A model generated the notes under the pieces. It was not told the DNA's origin. It saw only the letters and a program-made list of their open reading frames with translations, and did not search any database. A stretch of DNA of 64,000 nucleotides from the human T2T-CHM13v2.0 reference genome, Homo sapiens. Both the position numbers and the translations under genes were made by a program. Below are positions 29,311-43,612 of the stretch, piece after piece. The first letter of the stretch is position 1, and the number at the start of each line of letters is the position of its first letter. Location of the stretch: positions 37,312,001-37,376,000 of the forward strand of contig CP068257.2 of assembly GCA_009914755.4 (NCBI GenBank), in the 5' to 3' direction.

Positions 29311-30419
29311 CTTCAATGTAAAATACCCTTAGGTTGAACCACATGCAGTTGGTGTTTGGCCGAATATTGTCAATTTCATCAGGCAGCGTGTGATGCAGCT
29401 GAAACTGAGACCATCCATAAGCCCTGTGGGAGGCCAGTGAACCCACAGATAAATCCAGATCACTCCCTGTTCTGTAAATCAGCGTGCCGGGCAAACAGCT
29501 CTCTTAAGCAGGGAAATGAAGGGAATAAAGAACAAACAAGTGGGAAGCTCTGTAAGAACAATATCCTGTGAGCAAGCTGAATGAAAGCACCTGCCTTCCT
29601 CCCTCAGCCCAAGCCAGCTTGCTTAATAAATTAGATTGCTTGTTTGTTAGAAGCACCTTTTTAAAAGGTGAGTGTAGACAGCTGCTCTCCAGATAATGAC
29701 ACTAAGCAGAGCTGTTGCTACCAAGCCACGCTAGAGATAAGGCTGCTTTCCCAGAAATACATTTCGGGGCAGGGCAAATTGAAAGTGTGTACTTCTCAGG
29801 TAATAGGTAATAAACATTCCGTTTTGGAGCTTTCTATATTGAGCTTCTGCACCTGGTCGCTGGAAGGCTATGGTGTCAGCACCAAGCCTGCAGATTGCTT
29901 TGTATATCAGCCACCCCTGTTTTTCCCCAGTAAAATACCACTCCCGGCTTGGCCGCCAGCTCCTTCCTCTTTCTTGGTGGAAATCTACTGCTTTCTTAAA
30001 CTGGTGCATGGAAAATTACATGGTCAGCGCCACACTCGGGGCTAGAAAAGCACACATCCCACAGTGATTTCAAATGATCCAGCCTTTCATCATTAAAAAA
30101 TAAATTCTGTGGGCGAGGAGAAAAGAATCGTGAGGCCCCTAAGCAGGTGACTCATTTCAGACAGAAATGCCAAAGCCATTTCTGAACAGATGGGTTGACA
30201 GGACACTTAGCAAATGCTGCTTTTAATTCTTTCTTGCACTCATTCATTCATTCAACAAATATTCCCCCAGGCTTATGGAGCATGGGGCACCACTGTAGGC
30301 ACTGGGGAAGTAGCTGCCAAATACAAAATAAAACCCAAAAAATCCCTTCTTCCCTGGAGCTTCCACTCTACAGGTGGAGACAGAGAGGAAACAGATAAGG
30401 AAACTCTAAGAGTTATGGG

Positions 30420-30660
30420 GTAAAGACAGCTGGGGGGGCGGTGCGGGTGGAGGGGTTGCCTTGGTGGAAAGGTGATCTTAGAGCAAACAGGGAGAGAAGG
30501 TGCAGAGGGAGCTCTGTGGTTACCTGGGGGGAAAATGGTCCTTCTACGCAGAGGGAGTGGGAAGGGCCTAGGGGGAAGTAGGGCCAGCTTGAGCCTGGGA
30601 GCCGTGTGGCTGTGGGCATGGAGTAAATGGGGATGAGCAGGTGAGAGGTGAGGCAGGTAC
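30420..30660 (+). repeat. G-rich segment with G-quadruplex-forming runs (+ strand)
   Basis: gctgggggggcggtgcgggtggaggggttgccttggtgg ... gggggaagtagggccagcttgagcctgggagccgtgtggctgtgggcatggagtaaatggggatgagcaggtgagaggtgagg. Contains four or more closely spaced G3+ runs. Confidence 0.6.
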
Positions 30661-31884
30661 ACTGAGGCCAGGTGGCCACCAGCAGCACCTTGACTTTGCC
30701 TCTGAGTGGGATGGCACTCACTGCTCTGTGCAAAGGAAAGTCATGACTGGACTTGCTTTTTGCCAGACACACTTTGAGGCCAAGAGGGAGCAGGGAGAGG
30801 AATGTTGACATCATTGAGGTGTAGGATGATGGAGTAAGAGATGGACATGGTGGAGTGGGAGCAGAGGCCAGGGTCTAGCTAGGTGTCAATGGGGATGTTA
30901 CTGACAGAAAGACTCTACGATTCCTCCAGGTGGGGCATACCCTCAACATCAGCCCATGGATGGATGTTCCCAGACCCCAGGAGTCTCACCATAAATTCTC
31001 CCTGGGACAGACTGTGGGTGGCAGTGGTCGCCATCTGTCCTTGGCTGACAGGTGCCCAGAGCTGTGGCAGTGTCATTCCCAGCAGCCCCAGGATTAGGCT
31101 GTTATCTCTGTTTACCAACAGGAAGAGACACTCGGTGGAGGATTCAAGCTGATACAGGAGCCGTGGATTGCCACCTGCCTCTTCTCCTATGCCTGTCATG
31201 AGTACACACACCAGTCCTGTCTGCTGGCCAAGCCCCCTTGCTCCCAGGTGGGAGAACAATGTGTAGAAGCACAAATTATAAACTGATTCTTGTGTTCTCT
31301 AAAGACAGTCTGTTTTTCAGATCATGATTAGGAATGAGTAAACGGTAAGTCTCAAAGTTTTCAGGGGCTTATTATACAGGGCCTATCAGAGTAAAAATAG
31401 AAATTACAACAGCCCAACATGGAAGAAAGTTTTCCTTCCTCACTCCCAAACTTCAAACAGAGTCCGAGGGTTAGGAGGTGGGCGTAGCTTTTTGGGGGGC
31501 CACAATTCAACCCATTCCAGCTAACTTGATTGAGTATTGATGCCTTTTAAACAAGCAATGGAGTGATCATCGGAGATGAAGAAGCAATTTAAGCTCAACC
31601 CTCAAATGCAAACCCTTCCAAAGCAAACATCCTAGGAGGTGCTACTTGAGTTAACCTCGGAGATGATTAACCTGGGTTTTGCACCACTGCCCTGAGCCAT
31701 TTTCCACAGAACAGAACAGAACAGAATTCTTTATTATGTTTCTCAAGATGCTACTTTTCTACACTGCAGTTATTTCAGGCATGACTCATGTTAAAATGAG
31801 TGTGATAAGATTTCTTGGTAAAACCCCTGGGAGGCTTTGAGTAGAGAGTTTTTAACAGTAGCTACCCCAAGCAAGGCAGCTGGA

Positions 31885-32315
31885 GTGGGTTGAATGGTTC
31901 CTCCCCAAAAGATCATCCCTGTCCTAACCCTTGGACTCTGACTGTGACCTTATTTGGAAAAAGAGAGTTTACAGATGTAACTAAGTTTGAGATCTCAAAA
32001 TGAGGTCACCCTGGATTACACAATGGGCCCTAAAGTCAATTACAGGCATCCTTATAAGAGACAGCAGAGAAGACACAGACACAGAGGGGAAGGCCATGTG
32101 AAGGCAGAGAATGGAGTGACGCAGCCACAAACCAAGCAATGCCTGGAGCCACCAGAAGCTGGAAGAGGCAAGGAAGGGACTCTTCTTCAGAGGGAGCAGG
32201 GCCCTGCCCACACCTTAGCTTCAGACTTCTAGCCTCCAGAACTGGGAGAGAAGAAATGTCTGTTGTTTGAAGCCACCCAGCTGTGGCACTTTATTACGGC
32301 AGCACGGGAAATGCA
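31885..32315 (+). mobile_element. MLT1 MaLR solo LTR
   Basis: tcctaacccttggactctgactgtgaccttatttggaaaaagagagtttacagatgtaactaagtttgagatctcaaaatgaggtcaccctggattacacaatgggccctaa ... cttctagcctccagaactgggagagaagaaatgtctgttgtttgaagccacccagctgtggcactttattacggcagcac. 5' and 3' ends match the MLT1 consensus. Confidence 0.75.
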
Positions 32316-33975
32316 TACAGCCTCCAAAAGAGAATGAAGCCCTTCTGAGAGCTTGATTCCAGACATGCAAGACCCTGAGCCCACCGCGCCTGGGTTTCTG
32401 CCTACAGAACTGTGAGATAATCCATGGGTGTTGTTTTACGCCACTCCAATTGCAATAAGACAGTGAGGATGTCATGTGAGTGACCAGCAAGGCATGTGGC
32501 CCAACCAGACAGCCAGGGAAGGCCTTTAACGAGTAACTTGAGGCTGAGAGTGAGGTGGTGAGTTGTGGAGAAAGTCCCAGCTCAGGGTTCACTGTGGACC
32601 AACAGCTCTTTACTGTGGGGTACTACCTTCCTGGAGAATTTCCTGGAGAGTATAAGGCCTGACGTGGGCCTTCAAATATCTCAACAAGAACAATAAATCC
32701 CTCCAGAAAACCATATTACTCCACTTTCTTTCCAAAGGAAATTCAAGTCTGTTGAAATGCTTGCTCTAAAACAGTTTCCAGTGATATTAAACAAATTCGT
32801 GGCTCTCAGAATACCTTGGGTGATGATCAATAAGAGTTGTATGTGCTTTACATGCTGATAATCACACCTAACCCACAGCATTTGTCTGATGCCTAAGTGG
32901 GCTCAGATTTGCCCAAGGCTCTGGTCCAAGGACCTCTGAGGGACACAGCCTCGTCACTCAGACAGGAGAGCCCAACTCAGTGACAAACAAAGGCCAAGGG
33001 ATTCTGCACATGAAGACAAAACAGAGTCTTCCTTCTCAACTAGAGAATGGCTTATCTAAGAAAAAAATCAACTGGAGAGAAAAAAAAAGTGAGGATGTCA
33101 GCATTTAACAGGAATCTTGAAACTTTGACAGGAAGGGTGACCCTTTTCGGTCAATCTGAAATGTATGCAGACAGGTCACAGATATATTCCAAATACATTT
33201 TTTTAATTGCTAAATATGTTTAAAGAAGATTTTTAAAATAAAACTCATTGGACCAGTTTATACACTGCAAATTCATTACATTTTTCCAACCACGCAGAGC
33301 TAGGCTTAAACTCAACTATACTGAAGGTTAAACTCAACTATTACCAGTGTTATTCTATCCCAAAGAATGAGCCAGGTCTAAGCTGATGTTTCCTCCTGTT
33401 GTGACAATAAGAACTTTCCCCATTGTCTTGCACCTTTCCCCTTCTCGCTCCATTTCCACCTCTCCATCGCGCAGGGAAGGCAGATTAGAGTTCACTAGAA
33501 ACACAATACCTGAAACATAAAGGCCTCACACCTACCCGCCTAGGAGTACAGCTCAGATGATCTTTCTAATAAGGAGTGGCAATGGAGCTTGCAGGCCGAA
33601 GAAACTATAACTTGGGTGTGATTGACAAGAGCTTAGGCTAACACATGCCTGCTTCTATAATTATATTGTTTGTCTAGAGAGAAAAAACAAAAAAACAATA
33701 AATCATCCAGCGGTGCATGACTGGCTTAGTTCTCTGTCTCTCTCTCACTGGGAAACTCACGATGAAGTTCTTCCAGGAAGAGGTTGCAACCCCACCTGCC
33801 CACCATTCTCCATGACACCTGTCACTGACCAAGATGCAAGAAACACATGGGCCCCTGCAAAATCTCTCGATTCATTTTACTGTTTCTTGGTGAACTGACT
33901 TGTATTATCTCCCTTTTCGCTACCCTTATTAGTTTCCTACAAACCACTACAAGTTAGCAGCTTAAAACCACACAT

Positions 33976-34288
<313 letters not shown>

Positions 34289-35461
34289 CTACAGCTCTGG
34301 AGGCTGAAAGCTCAAAAATCAGCCTCACTGGGCTAAAATTATGGTGTTGGCAGCGCTGGTTCCTTCCGGAGGCTTTAACGGTGAATTGTTCCTTTGCCTT
34401 TCCAGCTTCCAGAGGCTGCCCACGTTCCTTGGCTCATGGCCCCTTCGTCCATCTTTAAAGGCAGCAGCAAAACCCAAGTTTTCTCCACCTTCTCTCCCTC
34501 CTTCCATCATCACATCACCTTTTCTGACTTGGACGCACCCAAGTCCCCCTCATAAAGTCCCTGTGATTACACTGGGCCCACCCAGATCACCCAAGACCAT
34601 CTTCCCCCCTCAAGATCCTTCACACAATCACGTCTGCAAAGTCCCTTCTGCTGTGTCAGGTGACACATTTGCAGCTTTTGGGAACATTACTTCCTCTCCC
34701 ACTGCATTTTGGCGAGCACAAAGCTGAGACATCTCACAAGAGTGATCCCTGATCTGGGATTTGAGAAGTATGGTCACTAGAAATCAGACAGAAATCTGCC
34801 CACCTGCACTGTGGGTGTCATCCCACTATTTAAACACCAGCTAAAAAGCTCTAGGGTGTCTGCAGATGCCATCAGCCCAACTTCAATAATGACCATATCT
34901 ATGTGGGCCTGTGTGCTTACCCACTGCAAATCTAAACAGCTGTCACCAAAACATCCCAGATCCATCCCCTCTCTCTGCCCTACTGCTCCCCCTGGTCCAA
35001 GACACCACAGTCTCTCCTGGGGACACCTACAGCAGCTGCCTGAACAACCTTCCCACTTCCTGCTGGGCCTCCTGTAGCCCCTGGCCCATGCAGCAGCCTG
35101 TGGCCTCCCCAGAAGGTATACCCAGTCCCATCAGTTCCAGCTCAGAAGCCCCCACTGGCTTCCCAGAACATATGGAGTTAAATTCAAGGCTCAAGTGGCC
35201 TCACAGCCCTCATCCTATGGCCCTAGCTCCCTCTCCAACCCCATCTCACTCCTCACCTGCTTAGTTCATCCTCCCTATGCCCAGAGTTTTCTCTTCAGTT
35301 CTTCATATGATACTGGGTCTTCTTCAGGCCTCTGGCCCCAGCAGTTCCATCTGCTGAATCCACCTCCAGGCCTCACCTTTTTGGCCTGGGATGGAGTGTG
35401 TTGACTTTGATCACCAGCCATTCTATCCTCCTCCAAGGCAACTTATGACTGCCTTGAGGAA

Positions 35462-35854
35462 GCTGGATGTCATGTCCCCCCAGGTTTCACATACCGAAGT
35501 CCTAACCTCAAGTACCTTAGAATGAAACTGTATTTGGACATGGGGTCATTGCAGATGTAATTAGTTGAGATGAGGTCATCAGGGTGGGCTTTAATTCAAC
35601 ATGCTGGTGTGCTTATAAAAAGGGGAAACCTAGACATGGACACGCACACAGGGAGAACACCCTGTGAAGACAAAGGCAGGAATCGGAGCAATGTGTCTAC
35701 AAGCCAAGAAGCACCAAAGATGGCCAGCAACCCAGCAGAAGCTGGGAAAAGGCCTGGAGGAGATTCTCCTTCACAGCCTCAGGAAAACCAACCCAGCTGA
35801 CACTTTGGTCTTGTACTTCCAGCCTCCAGAACGATGAGACAAAAAATGTCTGTT
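35462..35854 (+). mobile_element. MLT1 MaLR LTR, 5' portion (interrupted by an Alu)
   Basis: ccgaagtcctaacctcaagtaccttagaatgaaactgtatttggacatggggtcattgcagatgtaattagttgagatgaggtcatcagggtgggctttaattcaacatgctggtgtgcttataaaaagggg ... cttccagcctccagaacgatgagacaaaaaatgtctgtt. Near-consensus MLT1. Confidence 0.8.
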
Positions 35855-36168
35855 TTGTTGTTGTTGTTGTTGTTGTTGTTGATGATGATGATGGAGTCTC
35901 ACTCTGTCACCAGGCTGAAGTGTAGTGGCATGATCTCGACTCACTGCAACCTCTTGCCTCCCAGGTTCAAGTGATTCTCCTGCCTTAGCCTCCGAGTAGC
36001 TGGGACTACAGGCATATGCCACCACACGCAACTAATTTTTTTGTATTTTTAGTAGAGTGGGGGTTTCACCATATTGGCCAGGATGGTCTCAATCTCTTGA
36101 CCTCGTGATCCACCCGCCTCGGCCTCCCAAAGTGCTGGGATTACAGGTGTGAGCCACTGCGCCAGGCC
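35855..36168 (-). mobile_element. Alu SINE, full length, inserted into MLT1
   Basis: Tail decayed into (GTT)n(GAT)n at 35855-35893. Then a reverse-complement Alu (ggagtctcactctgtcaccaggctgaagtgtagtggc ... gggattacaggtgtgagccactgcgccaggcc). Flanking direct repeat AAATGTCTGTT at about 35844-35854 and 36169-36179. Confidence 0.9.
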
Positions 36169-36228
36169 AAATGTCTGTTGTTTAAGCCGCCCAGTCTGTT
36201 ATGGCAGCTCTAGGGAGCTGATATGCTG
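36169..36228 (+). mobile_element. MLT1 LTR 3' remainder
   Basis: aaatgtctgttgtttaagccgcccagtctgttatggcagctctagggagctgatatgc. Confidence 0.75.
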
Positions 36229-36511
36229 GGAAAGCTACCATCATATTTTCTGATCCCTTGCAAGGACTCTAGAAGAGTAGGCCCCCCCAACTCAACTCAA
36301 TGCCCTTGCGTAGGGTTTGGACGGTGGAGGTGAGTGGAAGCAGGCGGCTGTGTTGCTGCTTCTTGGCTGGTGCTCTTGGGTGGCCCAGCTGTGGCAGCAC
36401 TGGGGGTTCCTACAACAGTGTCAAGAGGCTTTGTTTTGTGAGTGTCATGAGGCAGTTCCCATGGCTACAGGCAGGCTGCTCCCAGACCCCTGGATCCAGC
36501 CTGTAACACAT

Positions 36512-36513
<2 letters not shown>

Positions 36514-36569
<56 letters not shown>
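36514..36569. repeat. (TG)n / (CA)n microsatellite, about 28 repeats
   Basis: An uninterrupted tgtgtg... run directly abuts a partial Alu. Confidence 0.95.
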
Positions 36570-36989
<420 letters not shown>

Positions 36990-37707
36990 CTGTCACACAT
37001 TCTTGAGCCAGTGGCTACTACCCCAGCTACTGGTTCCTGATTTTCCTGACAGCAGCAGTGAGCGCAGCTCCGGGCAGCCCACGGGGTGTGATTTGGGGAG
37101 CTGCTGTGGAGGCCCAGCCTTCTGAGGGATTCTGAAAGTACCTAATACCCTGCATTAAATCCTGTTCTGCTCAACTTAACCAGAAGGACAGCCTTTCCTG
37201 CAGGTGGACACTGGCAGCCTCACGTTTAGAAACAGATGCTGCTTTCCTCACGGACACCATCCACTCTTACACCACCCTCACTCTCACTGAGCTGTTTTCT
37301 ATTGCACTCACAGGTATTTAAATGTGCTGCGTTTACTCGTTTGTTTGTGTACTTATTGCCTGAATTGTGACCTCCATGGAAACATCGACCTTGTCACTGG
37401 GCCTCTCTTCCGACATCCTCATGCCTAGAACAGCGCTTGGTGCAGTGGCCGCTTTGGGGTATTTATGGAAGAAGAGAGAGAGAAAAGGAATTTCTAAGTT
37501 TGGCTTCTCCTTGAAGAAGCTTCCAAAGGCGTTTCTAGAACACTTAAAATATGTGAAAATAAGGGCTACCTAGGTTATATGTTAAATGAATTATGCTAAA
37601 GAAGACTCAGCAGTTGCTAACTTTTCTCGTCTGCTCTTAAATATCCCATTCTGCTGTTTCAAATTAGAAACTCAGAGTTCCAAAACAGTGAGATCGTTTA
37701 CTTCTTT

Positions 37708-37711
<4 letters not shown>

Positions 37712-37739
<28 letters not shown>
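37712..37739 (+). repeat. Pure poly(A) tract, 28 nt
   Basis: An uninterrupted A28 follows unique sequence ...cagtgagatcgtttacttctttttct. It may be the tail of a retroposed sequence. Confidence 0.9.
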
Positions 37740-37744
<5 letters not shown>

Positions 37745-39519
37745 TGGAATAACGGAAGTACTTTAAGAATCTATGGGGCAAGAATAGAAGCTAGTCATCG
37801 TTGTCTGTATAAACCAAAAATAAAATTCTAATGCCCCTCAGCTATCTGAACGGATCCCCCCTCTCGGCCAAGGGCCTTCCAGAGTTAACCTGAAAATCTA
37901 GTTCAGGCCAGGACGGGAAGTGGGGGTCAGACATGCCTCATCACCCCAACATCAACACAGACCTTCAGTCTGACAAGAAACATGTACAATATCTTGTTTC
38001 TGAAGCCTGCTACCTCGAGGCTTCCTCTGCATGATGAAACCTTGGTCTCCACAACCTTTCATCGTAACTCAGACATTCCTTTCTATTGATAGTAACTCTT
38101 TCAACCAATTGCCAATTGGAAAATGTTTACACGTGCTTATGACCTGGAAGTCACCCTGCCCCCGCCACCAACTTCGAGTTGTCCCACCCTTTCAGACAGG
38201 ACCAACGTACATCTCGCAAATATTGATTGATGTCTCATGTCTCCCTGCAATGTATGGAAGCAAGCTGTGCCCCACCATCTTGGGCACATGTCCTCAGGAC
38301 CTCCTGAGGCTGTGTCACGGGCGCATTCTTAACCTTGGCAAAATAAAACTTTCCAAATAGATTGAGACATGTCCCCGATACTTTTGGGTTCACGTCTGTC
38401 ACTGAGATGGTAACTGTGGTCATTTGAATACCCCCTCACATTATCCTCATCTCGTCACAGCAGCCCTATTCATCTGGCAAATTGAGGGGGATCACTTGGA
38501 ATATTATGTTTTTATTAAAAATACGATTTTGGTTTTCTAAGAGATGCTCTGGGCTGCTCTAAACCAGGGACTGCAGGGCCCACCTGTTTCTGCAAATGAG
38601 GTTTCATTGGCACTCAGCCAGGTCCATTTATTTACACATTGCCTAGGCTCCTTTCTAGAGCTGAGTTGTTGCGTCAGGGACCACATGGCCTTCAGAGCCT
38701 AAAATATTTACTCTCTGGCCCCTTAAGAAAATGTTTGTCAGCTCCTACTCTAAACAAAACCCCTGGCCACATGGCCTCTGGCGCTGCGTAAGGTCTTTGC
38801 TGTGCCCTTTGCGGACACGGACACGCTAGGGATGAACTGACTCAGAGCCGGCCAGTTTCAGGCTCCTTCCTGGAGCGATAGGAACCTGTAATTCTCAGCC
38901 CATGTGACCAGTACTGGCCAATGAAATGCAAGCGGAACTGACCTGCGCCTCCAGGCTGAGGCAGTGAAACGCTCCTGAGCCTTTCCCCAGTCTCACTCTT
39001 CTCCCCTATGGCAACCAGCAAACTTCCAGAGAGCGGAGGCAGGGGCCCTGCACGGGGTAGAGCGCAGACTCCGCCACTGCCTACCTATGATGGGCTTGCA
39101 GTGAGCAAGAAATCAGCTGTTGCATATTATGGCACTGAGATTTTTAGGGTTGTTTGTTACAGCACGATAAGCCTAGCTCATTCTGACTAGGATGGTGGTC
39201 TTTTTGCTGTCATAATTAATTTCCATTTCTCAGGGTTTAAAAGGGTGCACTGCCCCCCCCCCCCGCAGATCTCAGGTGGGCATTTTTGAACTTAACTAGA
39301 TAACAAAACACAGCTAAGACAAGTCCTTTTCTCCAGCAAAGATGGCAATGCTCTAATAACTCTGAGCATATTAAAGATTCTCCAAGACTCTAGCCTCTGC
39401 TGCAAAAACACATACAAATACCTACTACTACTGCTGCTGTGATGATGATGATGACAGCAATAGTGAGAATATTTTAAATATGCCAGGCACGGTGGCAACT
39501 GCTTTCCAAATATTATCAT

Positions 39520-39670
39520 ATTTAATCTGATCATTGCCCTATGAGGTAGGGAGTATTCTGATTCCCATTTTATAAATAAGGAACCCGAGGCTTAGAGAGC
39601 ATCAGTGACTTGTTCAAGGTCACCCACAGCTGTCAAGTGACAGAACTTCGATAAAAATCCAGACTCCTTT
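39520..39670. mobile_element. MIR SINE fragment
   Basis: ttttataaataaggaacccgaggcttagagagcatcagtgacttgttcaaggtcacccacagctgtcaagtgacagaacttcgataaaaatccagactcc matches the MIR core closely. Confidence 0.6.
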
Positions 39671-40041
39671 AATGGAGTATGGAGGGAGGTCAGAAAACAT
39701 AGGAAGTAAGGGATTGTGATTGACAATGTGTCCTTGCAAAGGGACAGGTTAAGAGACACAAGGGCAGCTGTCTGAGGTGTGCCATTCACCAGCTTCAGGA
39801 GAGAAGTGGCAGGCTACCTCCAGCTATCCAGCCCTATCCAGCCAAGGAAGCTTGGGAGACATGTTAGTTCCCGCCTTCATTTCCATCAGCAACCTCAAAG
39901 CCACCCCTTGATATGATGAAAATAACATTGTTTGATAAAGAGTTGATATTCTCAATCTTATGAAAATGTGGATTAAAGCATCTTACTGATTTATTTAATC
40001 TGAAACAAAACAGCTGTTAAAGTGAACTAAATATGGTCTGA

Positions 40042-40363
<322 letters not shown>

Positions 40364-43300
40364 AGGGCTCCATACTTCTATATTTGAGTCCTTGTGGATG
40401 AACTGCAACCTAGCTTAATAGGTAGACAAGATTGAAAACCTAACTTAGGAGTATGCGCCTGGAACAATAGCTGAGTCTTGGCCAAGCCCAGCGGCCGTAC
40501 TTCAACCACTCATATGCTGCTGAGTCTTTAAGCTGTGTTCAAATAAGGCAAACACCATACTGCAACCAATCCAGCCATCCTGTACCTCACTTCCAATTTC
40601 TGTACATCATTTCCCTTTCTTTGTCTATAAATCTTCTTCCACCACGTGGCTGCATGGTAGTCTCTGCTGTGACTCTGGGGGCTGCCCGATTTGCGAATCG
40701 TTCATTGCTCAATTAAACTCCTTTAAATTTAATTCAGCTGAAAATTTTCTTTTATCAAAGCTAAGTAAGAATTTGCCAACACGTTGAGTAAACTTAATCA
40801 TTTCTTCCAACCAGATTGCATCCCCGAGTCTCTCCTTTTGGGAAATTTCAGAACCTACACTGCCGCCCAGCTCTCTGCCTTCCTACAACTCAGCCCACCC
40901 ATGACCGCACCTCATTCACGGCCCAGGTGTCAGGGACAGGGCAAGGGTAAGGGGGGTTCATCCCCCTGATAATAAGAAACCCAATGCTCTTCCTACCTTC
41001 TTGGTAGAAATCGCCTCTCTGGGACTTCATGACAGCCGCCTTTCCTATGGCATACATCATTTCTCGTGTTTTAGTGGCTTTGGTTTGCTTTTGAATGTGT
41101 GGTGGGAAGTTCCATGAAATTTATTAAATAACCAGGATATCCTGTTACCTTATCAAGGCCTCTATAGAAAACCATTGCCCTGGGAGAAGGGATGAAGGCA
41201 CCTGAGACATCTCATATGAATCGTGATGGCAATGTCTCCCCTGCCCTGAGACAGCAAGACTGAGAATCAGGAGAGGTGGTTCTCATTATCCCTGAAAGCA
41301 TTTTAGCTTGGATGTGGCCACTTTGAGGACTATAGCTGTAGGCACCCTAATTCGTGTTTTGTGATTATCAAAATATCTTCCGAATCCTGGACAGATCATG
41401 ACATCCTTAAGCCCACTATCGTGAAGCCACATGGAGGTGGTGTCAGGTACAGAGCAGAGAACATTCGAGAGGCACTGGGTTGTCTGGGGGACCTCTGGGC
41501 TCCAGGAAGGTCCACATCTGCAGGGAGACAGTCCCACGGTTGATTCTGGAAATCCAAACTCTTACGAGAGTCAACCGCCAGCTTCACTTCGCTGTAATTA
41601 CCCAGGCGAAGTGAGTGAACAATCTGAGCCTCCCCATAAAGCTAGCCCTCTAATTGTTGTGGTTTAACAGCCTCAGACCTCAGGCTGGGTGGAGAGGAGG
41701 GCAGGCCTCGCAGAAGCCAGACACAGCCACCCCCGCAGGCAGCCAGGAGCGAACACAGTGCAAATACAACTGGCTCAGTCCTACAGCTCCTGTTTGGTTT
41801 ACAGAGAATACCACCTCCAAGGCCATTCGCAAGCGCGACGTCACTCTAGTGAGAAAACAAGTAAAGCTGAGCTATTGACAAAAATATCCCCAACCATCTA
41901 ACAAAATAGTAAGCCCAGCATTATTTTATTCCAGTAAAAACCCAATGACATAGGCCAGGGCCACAGTTACTATACCTTTGGTTGATGATTGTACTGAGGT
42001 TTAGGAAAGTCCCACGGCCTATAGGAGGTCAGACAGCCACAGTGGCAACCCTGGGCAGCCCTGGGCCAGGCTCTGGACCAATACACAGGCCACACACCTT
42101 TTTCAAAACCAAAAAGGAAGCACACTAGCAACTTATCCTCCATTCTAAACTCCTGTCACTTCCTGGGAGACCAGGTAAGGCTCTCCTGGATGTCTTCACA
42201 GAGCGGGCTTCATACGGGATCAGCCTTGACCTCCATTCATGCAGACAGGGATGGCAAGACAAAGCCTGAACACAGCATTCAACAAACAGACCCTGTGTCC
42301 AGGCTTGGAATTTCCCACTTAGGGCTGGTGATGGACGAGGACTCTGAGAAGTTCGTTCTGTTTGAACAAAAGAGGCCATGTCAATTTCAGAACCATGTAT
42401 CTCTTAAATAATGCATAGTAATGTCCTCCATGCCTCTCTCTTGGAGGATCATCCAGAGGGTGATAGCATCGGAGCTTTGATCTTGGATTTTTGTGTCATC
42501 TATTCTGCCAATTTCTGATTCATTTGTCTCAACAATTTTGCCACCGTCTTTTCCCGGATCAGGTAAAGCAAAATCCAGATCAGCCCAGGCCTGTCTGCAA
42601 ACAGAAATGAAGAAACTGTGCTAAATCTCAAAGATTCTGTCCTGCCCAAGGAGTGTCCTTACTTATAAATGGAGCGAAGCCTCCTGCACCTGCTACATGG
42701 GCTCGTGTGCGCACCGAACCCAAAGCTGCTTTCTGGGCTCACCATGCAGTCTCTCCACCTGAGGCCCCCACCCAGCCCCACCCTGTGATGCCCACACTGT
42801 GGGTCCACCTCGAAGTGCTGACATTCATCACCCTTTGAGGACATTCTGTGTGTCAGGGTCTGGGCTTACACCTTTGCAAGGGCATGTTTGTTTTGACTCT
42901 AACTTTCTTCTAATAGAAACTGAACTCTTATGTCTAATGGAAGTGATAGCGGTGTCAAGCACCCCCTTCACTTTTTTGTGGATGACCAAAACCTCATGCA
43001 TAGGGACCCAGCCCACTGCCTTATGCAGGGTGGTGGGCATGCAGAAGTGTTTGTGGGCTGGATTTGAAAAGCTCCCACTTCAAATATGAGGGGTCTATTT
43101 AATCCTGTGTTGTAATGTCAGTGCAGAAGGTTGAATCAGAGAGAATCTGAGAGGAGAAATCGCAAGCATCATGGCTGATTGCTTTCCTTTGTGTCTGGTG
43201 ATGTCGCTGTGCCTGAATCCACGTCACTAACAATGGCCAACTGGCTTATGCCACCTACCCCCGTGGTCAGGGGTGGCAAGGTCTGACATCAGAAAGGAGG

Positions 43301-43574
43301 GCAAGAGGTTTGGGAAGGCAAAACCAACATCCCCTCCAAGAAGAGAGAACCGGCCTTCCTGCAAGGCCTACCCTTGATGGCCCTACCCAAGGCCCACCTG
43401 CCCTCTCTTCCCACGGAGCCCTCTAATCTCCCCACAGCACCCATCTATACCCCCTTATGGGCCCAGCCACCATCTTCCTAATATTGCCTTTATTGATGGG
43501 CAGTTCTCATCACGGCTGCTAAGAGAGTGAGCAGCTTACATCAGCATAGCCTGTCGGTAAGCGCTAAGTGATTG

Positions 43575-43612
43575 AAGGAAGGAAGGAAGGAAGAAGGAAG
43601 GATGATGTGTTC
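43575..43612. repeat. (GAAG)n / (GGAA)n microsatellite
   Basis: gaaggaaggaaggaaggaagaaggaagg. Confidence 0.9.

Noticed and set aside
39253-39266. C12 homopolymer.
   Set aside because: A simple mononucleotide run, noted only as a possible sequencing or length-polymorphism hotspot. No functional inference.
41540-41640. 8-bp inverted repeat cacttcgc / gcgaagtg with a 13-nt loop, considered as a small RNA hairpin or miRNA precursor.
   Set aside because: The stem is too short for a pre-miRNA. There are no flanking conserved arms, and such short palindromes are frequent by chance.
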